A stretch of 64,000 nt of DNA from Botryllus schlosseri (Eukaryota). This document shows, one piece after another, positions 50,050-63,245 of this stretch. The notes beneath the pieces were generated by a model that was not told the origin of the DNA, ran no database searches, and worked only from the letters and a program-made list of their open reading frames with translations. The translations under genes were made by a program, and so were the position numbers. The stretch's first letter is position 1. Each line of letters begins with the position of its first letter. The DNA lies in NCBI GenBank assembly GCA_051294905.1, contig CM119372.1, forward strand, positions 8,868,001-8,932,000, given 5' to 3'.

Positions 50050-50142
50050 CTCTAACGCCACGGTTACCGTTACTGCGAACATGTTTTACTTCAAGTTGTG
50101 CGCCGCATCAGCAGGTATATATGTGCTCACCTCACTATTTAG

Positions 50143-50373
50143 CAGGGTTGTAACCCAGTCAAAAAGTCAATCTCATTTCTTCGAAATAACACTGAAATGT
50201 CGGTCTTGGCCGTCTGATGCTCGAGTCATATGACTTGGCTCGAGTCACTCGCAATGACTCGAGTCCACGCCGAGTCATTACACAGATTGACTCGAGTCGA
50301 GTCATTTCTTGAGAAAGTCAAGTCAAGTCGAGTCATCATAAAATCGTGACTCGAGTGCATGATTACAACCCTG
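50143..50373. mobile_element. GACTCGAGTC-rich MITE
   Basis: TIR cagggttgtaa...ttacaaccctg; TSD ctatttag. Confidence 0.85.
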
Positions 50374-50381
50374 CTATTTAG

Positions 50382-50840
50382 TAGGTCTGGGTACAATGAT
50401 TCGAGTACTCTAATCTGAATCGAGTATTAATTTTGCTGAGTCGAGTAGTGAAATTATAAGATCCTCGCAACTAAAAGTTAATATATTAACGAGAATCATA
50501 TTTTTGATACTATTTTCCACTGAGGAAGCCTTGGAATCGTGATTGGCCGTGTCGCAGCATACGAGGCAGTAAAAAGCTACGAACCTTACTGGAAATAACA
50601 CATTTTCGAAGTGATGATCATACCACAACACTGTCACAAAGTGAAATGATATCAATGCATGGTCGAAAAAATACCAAAGTATCTGTAATGTGACGGATAA
50701 CAGGCATTGCGTTATTTGTGGTGGCATAAAAGGTACATATTTGAACTTTGACATAGTATATTCTGTTGTGACGTCATAATAAGTAATACTCGAATACTCG
50801 CGAATCGAATCACTCAGGTACGCGATTTTGCCCTGACCAG
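50382..50840. mobile_element. MITE related to 6265-6784 (opposite orientation)
   Basis: Shared internal sequence with 6265-6784; flanked by ctatttag on both sides. Confidence 0.75.
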
Positions 50841-51560
50841 CTATTTAGCAAGTTTTCGTCCTGTGGACTTGAGTTGTCCGAGCAGGCAGACAGAGGGGTC
50901 GTACATCGAAGCGACAAAGAACTTCATATTAACAGCGCCGGATGCCGAAAATCAGTGCACCCTCCAACTGATCCATCCTATATAGCCTACTTCACTACTT
51001 CTAGCCACCGGAGATGCAACGCGCGCCGTCTCGTTCATCATTAGTCGCATGCGCATAACGGTGGCGATAGCACGACATTGGTTGATGTTGCTAATTAACC
51101 ATATAATCGTTATGTTCTGTCATCAACCAGCCGCGTGATGAAATCACATCAAACCACGTGAATAAACAACGGAATCGTGTTTACAACATAGTTTGCCAAA
51201 CTCGAATAGGTAATAAAATACTATTAACCTTTATTATGAAAGCGATAATACACATAATCATACTTGTGGCAAGAGATTTTAGCAAATCTAGGCAATATTA
51301 ATATGGGAAGGAAAGAGATATGTAATATAAATTACAACATGAATTCCGCTCACGCAAGGGCGATCATCGCTTACAAGAAAAGAACGCAATTCAAAAGATC
51401 TAACTGGGTCGAAATACTGACTGGGTGAATCAATATGATCGTATCGAATGCGTCATTCGACCACGAGAGGCATTTGACATATGTGGAGGAAAATAGCATG
51501 GAACGTAAGCATAAAATTGCGATGTAGCCAGCAAGGTTCTGAGTTCCGGCTATATGGAAG

Positions 51561-52262
51561 TTACAGTTTCGTCAAGTCCTGGGCTTCGCTCGAGCCTTGC
51601 GCTTCATTACGATTAAATATATCAGAAGATACGGGATTAATTGCAACCCCTCTCAGTATCTTCATGTGCTGGTCCATTTTTGCCATTGCTTGGTCAATCC
51701 AGTCCGTCGATTTTTTGTTTTTACATGAGGTTTTGATAACGAGAGCTAAATGCGTCACAGAAAATATCAACGCCGCGGCACGAGCTTCGAGTAAATTCGG
51801 ATTTAGTGGGGGCTGAATAGCGTTCATCAAATCGTCTACTCTGGGCGTTATCCTCTGGGCGACTTGAACAATTTCTTCCAGTTGTGATGAATATATCTTC
51901 TCCCTCCTAAGAGTATTCACAACAAGTTTTTTCGTAATTTCTTTACATGTTTTAAGTATCGTGAGGCAGTGTGGAATCAATCCTTGCGCGTCGAAGGCCC
52001 AGTCTTCCGTTTCAAGAAGATCTCTTAGCGTATCGTCATCACAAGTGATGATATCACCCAGTTCTAATTGTCCACTTACACTTGCCTCACTCTCATCGAC
52101 TGTAGCGGAAACCGCTGCCGGGGATATGATATTATATCGTTCCGACTCTGATTCGTTTGATCTATTGCAATATTTATTGCGACATAGTACGAGTAGAGCT
52201 ACAAATGAAGCAAGGAATAAAGCTCCCAAAAAGCTCACAGTAGCGACAGCAACAATCTCCAT
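51561..52262 (-). CDS. TMEM98: Transmembrane protein 98-like, single-exon ORF, 233 aa from the ATG at 52262
   Basis: N-terminal TM segment MEIVAVATVSFLGALFLASFVALLVLCRNKYC; conserved EDWAFDAQGLIPHCLTILKTC, RITPRVDDL and PPLNPNLLEARAAALIFSVTHL. Confidence 0.92.
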   Translation of the reverse strand: MEIVAVATVSFLGALFLASFVALLVLCRNKYCNRSNESESERYNIISPAAVSATVDESEASVSGQLELGDIITCDDDTLRDLLETEDWAFDAQGLIPHCLTILKTCKEITKKLVVNTLRREKIYSSQLEEIVQVAQRITPRVDDLMNAIQPPLNPNLLEARAAALIFSVTHLALVIKTSCKNKKSTDWIDQAMAKMDQHMKILRGVAINPVSSDIFNRNEAQGSSEAQDLTKL

Positions 52263-53779
52263 TTTCAGTATATAACCCGTGCTTGCCACTGTCGTCGTAG
52301 GCGAAAACAAAGTGCGCCAGACACGAGATGACCCGAGGCGAATTGCAACGAAATGTTTCCGATGAGTAAACGAAAAAGGCGAATGTTTGATGAGTACATT
52401 CGAACTTCGATGTGTTGAGCGCCAACTGCTGGGAAGTTTTTCGAAAGGGAGATTTGGTTATTGGTTCGAACAATGTATAGTTGGCCTATACATATTTTGG
52501 CCTATACCATTTTGGAATCGGGGAAGAAGGTCACTTATATCAAATCGTAAAAGTTAGTTCACCTAAATTGAAAACAGCTGATTTTGAAGTATTTACTTGA
52601 AATCTTGTGTTGACTAAAAAAGGTCAGCACTTTCACTCGACTCCCGATTTACCCACTTTTTACCGTACCTTGTGCGGCGTTGACTAAAAAAGGTCATTTC
52701 TCCGATTTGACTACCGAAATACCCGCTTTCACCTTGTTTTATCAGTGTTGAATATGAAAAAACGTCATTTTGCAGATTTTACTTCCGAGCAACCCGTCGT
52801 CAATCTTTTAGCCACGATTTAACGTATTATTTGGTGGTCTTTCGGGCCATTTTAAGGTAAAAATGAGGACAAATCGTCAAAAAGGAGGACATTTCGGCTA
52901 GGAGAGGACATTTCTTCAAAAAGGAGGACAAATACCTCTAAAGGAGACGTATGGTAACCCTATCAATGGTTCGAATTATGCAACTGCATTGGGAAACGAG
53001 TACCGCTATGATAAAAAAATCTATTCGTAACATTTTTGATCTCACCCAATTTGCATAAGGCATTTTCAATCCATGCATTTCTTTAGAATTTACATCAGAT
53101 TGTTAGAACCAAATTACTTTCATTTCACATTTCATCAGCAATAAAGAAGTTCCGCGTGGTACAGAATCTGATCATTGCTGCGAACAATACGTTTATATTG
53201 GCATATATATTCGCTCTAAGAGCCTATAAGCTTTTCAGCTGACTGTCCTCAGGAGCGACCGTCAGTAAATGTGTGGATAGGAATTCGAAATTTAAAGATA
53301 AAATACATAGCACGGCGTAAGAATGGAAGAATACAGCGATAGGGGAAGTTAACAAAACGAGAGTTCTAACTACATTATATATATAAATAAACATGAGCAA
53401 TGAGACAGATACAAATTGGCCATGTGCAAGACTTGAAAATCGACTGTTATTATACGTAATGAAATGATGCTGATTTATACTAGGATAATAGCAAGGATAG
53501 TGCGTTTCTGACATCAAGGAACACAGGGGGATAGCCATGCTCTTTTTCCGTCGTGCGTTCCATTTCATTTTATTGATATTTTTCTCAGCAACGGTATTGT
53601 TCACTAGGGCCGTCAAAAATATTGGTAAGGGCATATAATTACTATCAGTTTTTTTATCCTCTCTCAGCCCACGTGATCAGATTTGCCGATGAAGCTGATG
53701 GATTTGGTGTCTCTGACAATTTAGGACACATACGTTCATTGTTATGAATTACTTTGTTGTGTGTTGTATTTCGTGCGGA

Positions 53780-55074
53780 CAGCACCGTAACTGCCGCACC
53801 CCAAACCCCCCAATTGGGGGGGGGGCGAGCTCGAAGGGGGCCCCAAATTATTTCGTGAATTAGCATAAATTATAGAGTATTTTTTGAAAATTTATGCAAT
53901 TTTTTCCAAAATTTTTCGCGCCGGGCGCGATTTAAAGTTACCAAATATCTTGATTATTTGGTACTCTTTCTCCAAGAAAAAACACGCAAGATTGATAGAA
54001 ATGGACATATCGGCGCTGGCCATTAACATGCCGCTACGCACCAAGATATATAACGATTTAGGACTTATTACATGCGACTCCAAGGAGTGTGCCAGAACGA
54101 TCGGCAGCGCGAAAAGCTTGGCCGAAACGGACTGCCCTTACGCAAACCGAAAACTTCGTTGTATATACAAAATAATAGGTTTAATTGTCCATAGGCGTCT
54201 AAATGACTGGCGCCATATGTCCCTGTCTTGGCAATCTGAACCTCAGAAGACAAATACCATCCAGCAGGAAAAAAATATATGCCAGTGAAGAAATACCAAT
54301 TTGAAATCGTGTGCATCTTTTAGTTTAGTACGTTTGAGCGATTCTACATTTTTGATATAGCAGACAGGAGGTCACGAAATAAAATCATGTAACGAAGTCA
54401 TAACAACGGGTCCGCCCGCCCGAAGATGTTTATGTATTATTTACAGTTTCCGGTAAATCTGATAACGTGAGCAGAGAGGACAAGATATTGATAGCAATAT
54501 TTATGCAATTCCCGATCTTATTGGCCGATTGTATCATGAATTATCGAAAATTTTCGCGCTTCGAGCTGGCTCACTAAACAGTGCAGCTAATTTCGTGGCA
54601 AAAGCGAACTCTGTGATGAGGGGTCGGTTTATCACCCTATGAGAACCCAAAACCCAAGTTTTTGTCGGGGGGGGGGGGCGGGGCTGACGAAGTGCTGTTT
54701 CGTTCCTGCCAACGGGTTTACGCCCGAAGATGTCTAATTATTAGTGGGCGGTCCTACGTTTTAAAACAGACCTCGCTGAGCTCTATCGGTAAATCTGATT
54801 ACGTGAGCAGAGAGAGGATCAAAATTGATAGCAATATATACGTAATTCCCAATTATATTGCCCGATTCAATCATGAATTACTGAAATTTTTCGCGCTTCG
54901 CGCGTCTGTCTCGCCTAACGTACACCCAATGGAGATGTTAAATAGCGTCAAAAAGCGGACAGCCAAAGGAGGGTCTGGGGGGCGAAGCCCCCCAGAAGTT
55001 AGATTTATCACCCCACGGGGGGCCCAGAACCCAAGGTTTTTTTGGGGGGGTGACGAAATACTGTTACGGCCCTG
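53780..55074. mobile_element. hAT-type non-autonomous element with an internal ~300-bp tandem duplication
   Basis: Termini cagcaccgtaac...gttacggccctg; TSD cgtgcgga at 53772-53779 and 55075-55082; ~54390-54660 is repeated at ~54690-55040. Confidence 0.8.
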
Positions 55075-55712
55075 CGTGCGGACCTCCCACGGGAGGCTCG
55101 ATATGATAAAGTCTTCAGAGACGTGTCACCCAGCACTGGAGCAATTTTCACAGTTGATAACTATATTCAATAAAAAATAACCAAGAAACGAAACGAAAAA
55201 CAAGAAACAGTATCATCGAACAATTCAAAATACAATGCGAGTACAATTTAGCGGTAGTTAGAGATAAGATAATGAAAACATTGTTTTCTAAATGCACAAG
55301 AGTCTAAAAGAGATCAGGTGGTAGCTTATTCTAAATATTGACACCAATAAAACTGATTGAATTTTGCGCTAGACTGGTAGAGTGGTGATGCACGGAAAAA
55401 AGTTTGAGAAACACTGAGATTTAAAGTCACATATGTTTGAAATAATTATTCCATATATATACAATGCATTATACAGTTCTTTCCCGAAATTCCAAAAAAA
55501 AAAAAAGATTTTGGGCACACCTGAGAATCTGTGACTGCACACTATTTGGGAATAACTGACTACAGTTTATAATTCTAACTGCTTCAAAATCAGGGCGTAC
55601 CAGTCGAATGAATAGAGGATAATTGTCCGGTCATAATTGGACTGTTTTAACTTCTGAGCTTTGGCTGTCTGCTTCCAAATCCTAATCTAGGAGAGAGAGA
55701 GGCAGATATATT

Positions 55713-57052
55713 CAGAGGTTGTCAAAGTAGTCAAGAAAGCTACTCAAGTAGAAGTAGAAGTGGTGACGAAAAAATCTACTCAAGTACGAGTAAAAGTACT
55801 TCTTCCATAAGCAACCTAAAACTTCTTGAACAAGAAGTAGAATTGACTAACTTTAAATCTACTCAAGTAAGTAAGTAGTTGTGAAAACGATCGTAATTCG
55901 TTCGCATGGATTGTCAAAAGGTGCGAATTGAGCTAGGTGAAAGTTTCCGAGCTTGATTCATATTGATGCATATCATATATATATATCGACTTTTCAATTA
56001 GATAAAATAAAAAAAGGGCAAAAGAAAACAGGAGACAAAAAGAACATCGATTTTCGACAGCATAAGCATTCGTCTGCATCATGGGATGAAAATGATAATG
56101 TTGATATGGAAATGCGATACTAATCCTCTTTTAAATCAAGCAGCACGTTTTAGAAAATATCATGGTATGGCGCACTCCCTGATATTATAAGGCCCGTAGT
56201 TTAGTCGAAGAGCAATACGGATAAGTTGTATAGGATACGGTGTAAACACTTTGCGCGATTAGTAAACGTTGATAAAAATATGGTGGATTGTAGCTTTATT
56301 TCCGGAAATTAAAGGCATTACTACATTTGCTTTTATACTTCAACATGTACGTTATCCAGACAAAAAAACTGATATTAATTAGAACTCAAAGTATACGATA
56401 CTGGGAATTGAAAGTGAAACATAAATACTACTTCTAAAAGTGGAAAATGTATTTCATGACTTTGGTCCAGAAAGTTTCAAAGGTGGTATGCTAAAACAGC
56501 TCTAAAACCAAAAAAAGTCTGAGTCCACTTTTCCAGACGAGAACACGCCATGGACTGCTATATTACGATATGATAAGTAAATGGGTGATTGCGAAACATC
56601 AGCTTCAAACGTTATGATGAGCCATACATACTGTGATGAAATATTTCATATGGGTGAAGGGCGACAATGCGGTGTGATCGGAACCACGCCGATCCGCTAC
56701 CTAAATTATATTCACCGATAATTTCGTGAAATAATACTGGTTACTTCGTATCCACTGAGCGCCTAGTGAGACGAACATTCTCGGCTTTACTCAACTTTTA
56801 TGAAAATGAAATGTTGATACTCCGTGAAAACAGCCTCAAAATTCCTCAGGCTATATCTTCCTGATTGAAGGATTAAACTACTTCTACTTGACAAACTCAA
56901 AATAGCGAAAAGTAAGTAAGTAGATCACAATATATTACGAAGTAGAAATAGAAGTAGTGTAAGTCAAATCTACTTGAGTAAGTACCAGAAGTAGAGGAAA
57001 ACTACTTGAGTACTCCGAAAAAGTAGAAGTACGTCGTTACTGACCACCTCTG
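55713..57052. mobile_element. Inverted-orientation copy of the 236-2037 element, lacking the nested fold-back MITE
   Basis: Termini cagaggttgtca...tgaccacctctg; reverse-complement colinear with 236-2037. Confidence 0.82.
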
Positions 57053-60000
57053 GTTTTATTGAATAGAATTGCAATCAAAACTATAATACAGGGCGTAGCG
57101 ATACGATCCTTACGGATTCCCGCAGATCATCCAATCAGCCGCATTGATGGAGTACAAAAGTGTCGCGTAATGAATATTGAAAACAGGCCTAACAGTGGGA
57201 AGTTGGAACATCAACAGGGTAATAGTCAACAATAATAAACAAAGTAACGAATGAAAAATTAAATACAATCGATCGGGATGAGTCGGGAATCCATCGCTCT
57301 TTTCGAAGATAGCGAATCAAAATCCACTGTATTATTGTGCAAGATAAACAAACATACGACCGTATGGCGATGTTTGCACGGTACACAACGCGTAGATTGT
57401 GAGGTGACTATAACTTGACCACTGGTCCAAGTGGTACATGGTTGCTGGCTAACGCTTGAATATATCATAGCCTTGTAAAGGCTACGATTATATTAAGCAT
57501 TGCGAACAATGGTTCTTTATTTGAACATTTCTTCCTTCCAGGAGCGTGTACTGTACGTATAGGGAAAGTGGACTCATACTTATCGACTGATACATAAGTC
57601 TGTATATTGAGAAGTTTCGGATGGATGTAATTATTAGGCGATTCCGTAAAATCAAATACATTTATCATTTCAATAGAAAAGTAGTCTGCTATCGCGTCAA
57701 ACTATATGTATATAGTCGTGTACCGGACACAGGACAGGTGCTGTACTAAGTAGGTACTACTGTTTCGATTGAAACAAATTTTATCAAATTTTGCTCTCGG
57801 GAAATCAACCTAGCTATGGTCATAATTGTTATCGCAATACATTTCTTCACTTTGTCTTCGCAGCGTTTCGATTGGAAGAAATGTCAATACGGAGGAGTAA
57901 GATGCAAGTTAATATAATGACGTCAAGATAGCTTGCCACATCAGCAGTGGAAGAAGTGAAGCCGAGGGATTGGATTGATTAGTTGACACCAGATGTAGTC
58001 ATTGCAGTGCTTCTACTAAGTAGTTTTCGTCTATTTGTAGTTATTTACTGAAGTAAATATAATTTTCCGGTACTATGTTACTTCGTAATATTCTGTGATT
58101 ACTTACTTTTCGCTATTTGCAGTTTGTCAAGTAGAATTATTCTTTCCTTTTAATGAGAGAGAGAGAGAAAGAGGGAAATTTTCGGGGTAGGTGGTACTCA
58201 GGCGCGTACCCAGCCGAAAAATAAGGGGAGGGGGTAAATAAAAGGGGGATACGATTTTTTTCGAATTTACTAATGTAGCATCAATTCATTAGGGTTGAGT
58301 AAATGCGTAAATGACGATTATACGCAATCTCCTCATGTTGAGGAACCTACGACTACGCGTATAAGATTGCCAACGAGTCCGGAAGTGCTGTCAATTAAAT
58401 TTGCGAGTGATCGACCGTGAGCAATTAGATACGCGCGCTTATCAACGCGTATTACGCATAGCCTCGGCGAGGATTTGTGCAAGTCAAAATGTAGCAGTTG
58501 TTATGGAATTTGTTCTATAATGACACCGATTTCAGGTGGTTCAAACCTTTCTAATCTTTTATAACTCAAGCCTTGACACACGTCTTCTGATGTGGTTATG
58601 TTTAGGTGTTAGCGAAAATTAATCACGTACGTACGAACGGACAATCGTACATATTTGCGGACATTCGATGTCATTCAGTTTCGCGATGTCACTTTTTTAT
58701 CACAATCGCTAATCCGCATACCCTTAACGGCATTCTCTCCAACGTCTCCAGACCATTGAGAGATAATAGGAGCCAAGGCATCGTAGGCCGATATGCGATA
58801 GTTAGGCCAGCGATGATATCTTTCGTACCAGGCCTATTGCAGATGCGATTGTATATAGGCCAGCGATGATATCGAGCGCACCAGACTAATGCAGAATGTA
58901 GATGCGATTGTGCCGGCCAGTGATGGTATAGTGCGCACCGGGCCTATTGTAGGGTTGCCAAACGTCTGGAATTTCCCAGACATGTCCGGAATTTCACTGT
59001 TAAAAATACGTTCGGGAGGAATTTATAAAATATGCCTAAACGTCCGGAATTTTAGAGAATTGAAGTAAGCTCATAAATTTTTTGTAAATCAACGTAAACA
59101 AGATTATTTTGGGGCAGATTTATGTCGCATGAAATTTTTCTTTTTAGTTTCATTTAGTATCATATATATTGGTTTTAATATGGGGACTACCGCCCTCGAT
59201 GAAACTGCGATCAAAAATAAATAAAAATAACATTCATTTACAAAAAGATGTCTAATTGTAATTGCAATTACAAGATAACGGTATATTTATAGAGTCGGTT
59301 TAGGCCGTTTGGATGCTTTATTCAAAGATGTTGTTTCTACACCTGGGGGTAGTTTGCCTTTATTCTGGGGTTTGCGGAGATGTTGAACGTAATTAGCTTC
59401 CAAAATAGGCCGTGAGTAAGTCTGGGCAAATGTGCCGACCTTTAATTAGTAATCAGCTCATCAAATTTTGAGCTGGGCCACGGCACATTTTCAAATTGGA
59501 AATGGAGTCGCGACCATAAAAGGTTGGAAACCACAGGATGTGCGTTGTTTATCAGGGATATCTTGAAACTCTAGATTCTAGATATCCCTGGGTGTTTATA
59601 TAGCTCAGTGGTGCAGTGCACAACAGGATTGACATGAACATTACTTAACGATGTACAATTACGCTCCTTGCATTTTCGAAGTCATCATCCTCCACCAGCT
59701 CTACCGCTAACTCTGATCATGTGGGCGGAGAGAAGCTCAAAATTATACAGTAATATATGGAAGAACCAATATTATTGGTTATTACTAGGGTTTTTTTTTT
59801 TTTACCAAAACAAACTGAATTTTGACCAAATTTTGACCTAACGTATGCAAATTAGGTGTTTTCCCACATGATGTTAAAATTGTACCACTTATCTTCATTT
59901 CTGGTTGGAACTGACTTTCCTAACGAAGTAGTTCGACCTGAAAAAACGTTTTTGGCTTAGAAACAGGAATCTTTTTACATGAAAAAAAAAAACAATATTT

Positions 60001-60167
60001 TAACGAAATCTGGCCCTATGAAGAATTCCAGTGGTTACAATATGTATTATGGTAGAAATATTTAAAAAAAATTGTAGTACAACCCACAACGAGAGATACT
60101 TTCCTACATTCTTGGGTAGAAAGTGCATGTCCTTATTAAGAAGCTGGCCAAGGACGTTCAACTATAG

Positions 60168-60999
60168 CAGGGGCGGGCAACTTCTACAGTCGGCGGGCCG
60201 GATTTAGGAAAATTGAGTACTTGGCGGGCCGGATTGCTGAATCGATACATTATTCGCCCGTTTATCCACATATACAAGGAATAAATCGTATTTAATGAAT
60301 GTATTTTAACGACAGCAATGTCACTTCAAAGCTATTTCTCGCCAATAATGACGGAGACAATGTGGATTTGAGAACAGCATTGTCATACAGGCACCACCAT
60401 GTCTGCTTCTCTCTGATCAATCGACACACGGTGAAATCCTTAATTAAGATTCCAAGGCGTTCGATAAGCCCACTACCCCTAATTTACCAAGACATCCATT
60501 CATTAGGGTTGAGTAAGTGACGGGATAGCGTCGTAGTTCAACTGTGTGTCCAAATTAATCTCGATATTGAATTCATGCGGCCCGCGTCCCCTACGAAATT
60601 TGAAAGGTGGCCTGCGACCCGTTTTGAGTTGGCGACCCCTGGCATATGCGGTGCAAAAAGCCTAGAAGTGTGCCGTGCTACAAGTCGGCGGTTACGGAAT
60701 CAAAAATAAGAAATACCAGCCTGGTGTAAATGACCATTGTAGTCGAAAAAAATCATGATTATCACAGATGACATAAGGGTTGAGTGCATCGTCAATGCCG
60801 ATAATGCAAGTCTTCTCGCTTCGACGAACTTCCGCGTAAGCTCCACTCTCGCAACGCTCCTCATACACGTATATAACATACAGTCACTAAAATTTGACGT
60901 AGTAAGCAAGTAGTGGGGACTCTCGGCAGACTGAGGACGCGGGCCACATTATCATGCAATACGGAAAACTGTCCGCGGGCCGTATGTTGCCCGCCCCTG
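60168..60999. mobile_element. Charlie-like hAT MITE
   Basis: TIR caggggcgggcaac...gttgcccgcccctg; TSD aactatag on both sides. Confidence 0.88.
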
Positions 61000-61146
61000 A
61001 ACTATAGATTAGATATAACTAACCTTCGGATAGATACGCAACACCCGTCGTCACGCTTGCTTGCTCGGAGAAAATTACTGCTCAGCCATCTGAACGCAAC
61101 GTAATTGCCAATCCCATAGCTGACGACCAGATCGCTCAAACCGAAT

Positions 61147-61449
61147 AAAGTTGAACTTATTTTAAAGCTACTGTCGCACTGATTCCGAAAATATACATTA
61201 AAATCTGATCAGGACAATGGAACCGCCTCGAAATACACCTCAAAGTCTGAAAATCGGCATTTTTCTGAACAATCGCAGCCACGCAAGGGTCATTGTTATG
61301 GTCATTGTGGTGCGTCGCTGCGATTGTTTAGGACAATGCCGATTTTCAGACTTCGAAGGCTATTTCGGGCTGGTTCCTTTGCCTTGATGAAAGTTTAATG
61401 TATATTTTCGGAATCAGTGCGACAGTAGCTTTAAAATAAGTTCAACTTT
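61147..61449. repeat. ~300-bp fold-back inverted repeat (probable MITE)
   Basis: Outer arm aaagttgaacttattttaaagctactgtcgcactgattccgaaaatatacattaaa has a perfect reverse complement at the right end; inner arms pair imperfectly. Confidence 0.8.
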
Positions 61450-61457
61450 CTACATTC

Positions 61458-61735
61458 TAAATGAATACTAGCCAGTCTTCAGGATTACCGGACCACGACC
61501 TAACATCGACCTCGCCCTCCGCCACATGCCACCCCATTTTGTCGCTTGCGTCTTATATTCTCTGCAGTACTTTTCATTCAGTGTGCATGCCTCTTATTTA
61601 CTTCGCCTAGGCTAAGGTGGGTGCCTGATCTTAATGGCTACTCCAAGTTGTTTCGACACCCTCCTATCTTTTCATTGTATCGCAGTCTTGCGATGTTTTG
61701 AAACGATGAAAATATTAATAAACCTGACTGACTGA
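61458..61735 (+). mobile_element. LINE 3'-UTR fragment of the same family as 10252-11046
   Basis: taaatgaatactag...gattaccggaccacgac...ttcgacacc...aataaac followed by (ctga)n. Confidence 0.7.
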
Positions 61736-61874
61736 GCAGTTGCTTTCCCATTGGTCAGGCGGAAATGTTGCTCTCCGAGCGCAGTGAGCCATGTAATTTT
61801 CCATAAAAAACACGGGGATTCACCGTGGAGTATCCCGTCTGCGCGAATAGGCTCTCGATCAATATATAATAGAT

Positions 61875-62805
61875 CAGGGGCGCGCAATTTCTCCTGTCGG
61901 AGGGCCTGATATGGGAAAGTGAAGTAGCCTACCGGCCAGATTACATAATCGATACATTAATCGCGTGTTTATCTACCTATATAAGGAATAAATCGTATTT
62001 AATGTAAACTTTAAGTTTAACGTATTAGACAGTAGACATCCGACAGTCGACGAGTGTCCACATTCAAGTCGAAATACAAGCAATTACTACTAAATGAATA
62101 CTAGTCCATCCTCAAGATTACCGGACCACGACTGATCTATCGATCTCGCCTTCCATGACATGCCACCCCATTTTGTCGCTTGCTTTTTTCTATACTATCT
62201 TCTTTACTTTTCATTCAGTGTGCATGCCTCCTCTTTACATCGCCTAGGCCAAGGTGGGTGTCCGATTTCATAGACTACTCCAAGTCGCTTCGACACCTTC
62301 CTATCTTTCATTGTATCGCATTTTGTGGTGCATTGAACTGATAAAATTGATAATAAACCAATGATGATGATGATGATGAACGCTATATAATGAATTTAAT
62401 ACCCTAAAGTAGCCCACTTCAATAGCTGTTGAGGTCAATCAGACATCTGCGGTCGATCAAAGTTGTCAACAAGTTCTTCGAACTCTGGCTGCATGTCTGG
62501 TGTAGAAACCCGTAGTAAGACTGCACGTGAACATCATTTATATTCATCATCATATTTATATTGGAACGCAGCCTCAATTGTCTTGTTAATGTCGGAAAAG
62601 TTTGCTCGCAAATGTATGTAGACCCGAACAGAACAAGTAGTTTCATGACCATCTTTCTCAGGTTGGCAAACTTGGATTCATTCCTGTGACGCATAAAATT
62701 CGTCAACACTTTCAGATAAGAATTTCACTTTCTGTGCAGAAACTCTCTGCAGGCCACTCAAAATCCCGTCGCGGGCCGGATCTGGCCGTCTGTTGCCCGC
62801 CTATG
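61875..62805 (-). mobile_element. Internally deleted Charlie/SPIN-like hAT element with a transposase C-terminal remnant (62419-62709) and a nested LINE 3' end (62040-62379)
   Basis: Termini caggggcgcgcaa...ttgcccgcctatg; TSD taatagat/gaatagat; peptide FANLRKMVMKLLVLFGSTYICEQTF is the hAT dimerisation motif. Confidence 0.8.
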
Positions 62806-63245
62806 GAATAGATGTAAGATAGTAAACTAGTAATCGATCAATGACAATATATAGATATGATGTGGAGCTAAAGGACGATGTTAGACGCAATATGGCCTGC
62901 AATTACGACCTGCCGTGCCTATTTATTTCGTGCTTAAAAAACGAGACCGCGGCATTTGTTTTTATGTAGTTGCGATGATTTCGTTAGTTGATGAGCTTCT
63001 CAACTTCTCATCAGAGTTCTATCGAATATTATTGATGTCATATCATGTGATATAATTTTTAGTGATTATATTTGTATTCTCCAAACTTCGGTGCCTTTAA
63101 TTGCTATTGTAGTCCCTTCGCAGTGTTGAGTTTTTCAGTGCTATAATGCTTACTTTGACTACACAATCTTGGGACGTGTTGACATTATTGCATTAATCCA
63201 TTGTTGAATGGGATAAACAAACGAGGAAAAAAACAAAAGCCAGGT

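Noticed and set aside
54662..55180. 172-aa ORF
   Set aside because: Lies in a tandemly duplicated part of a MITE, starts at a non-ATG codon, crosses the element boundary and has no domain.
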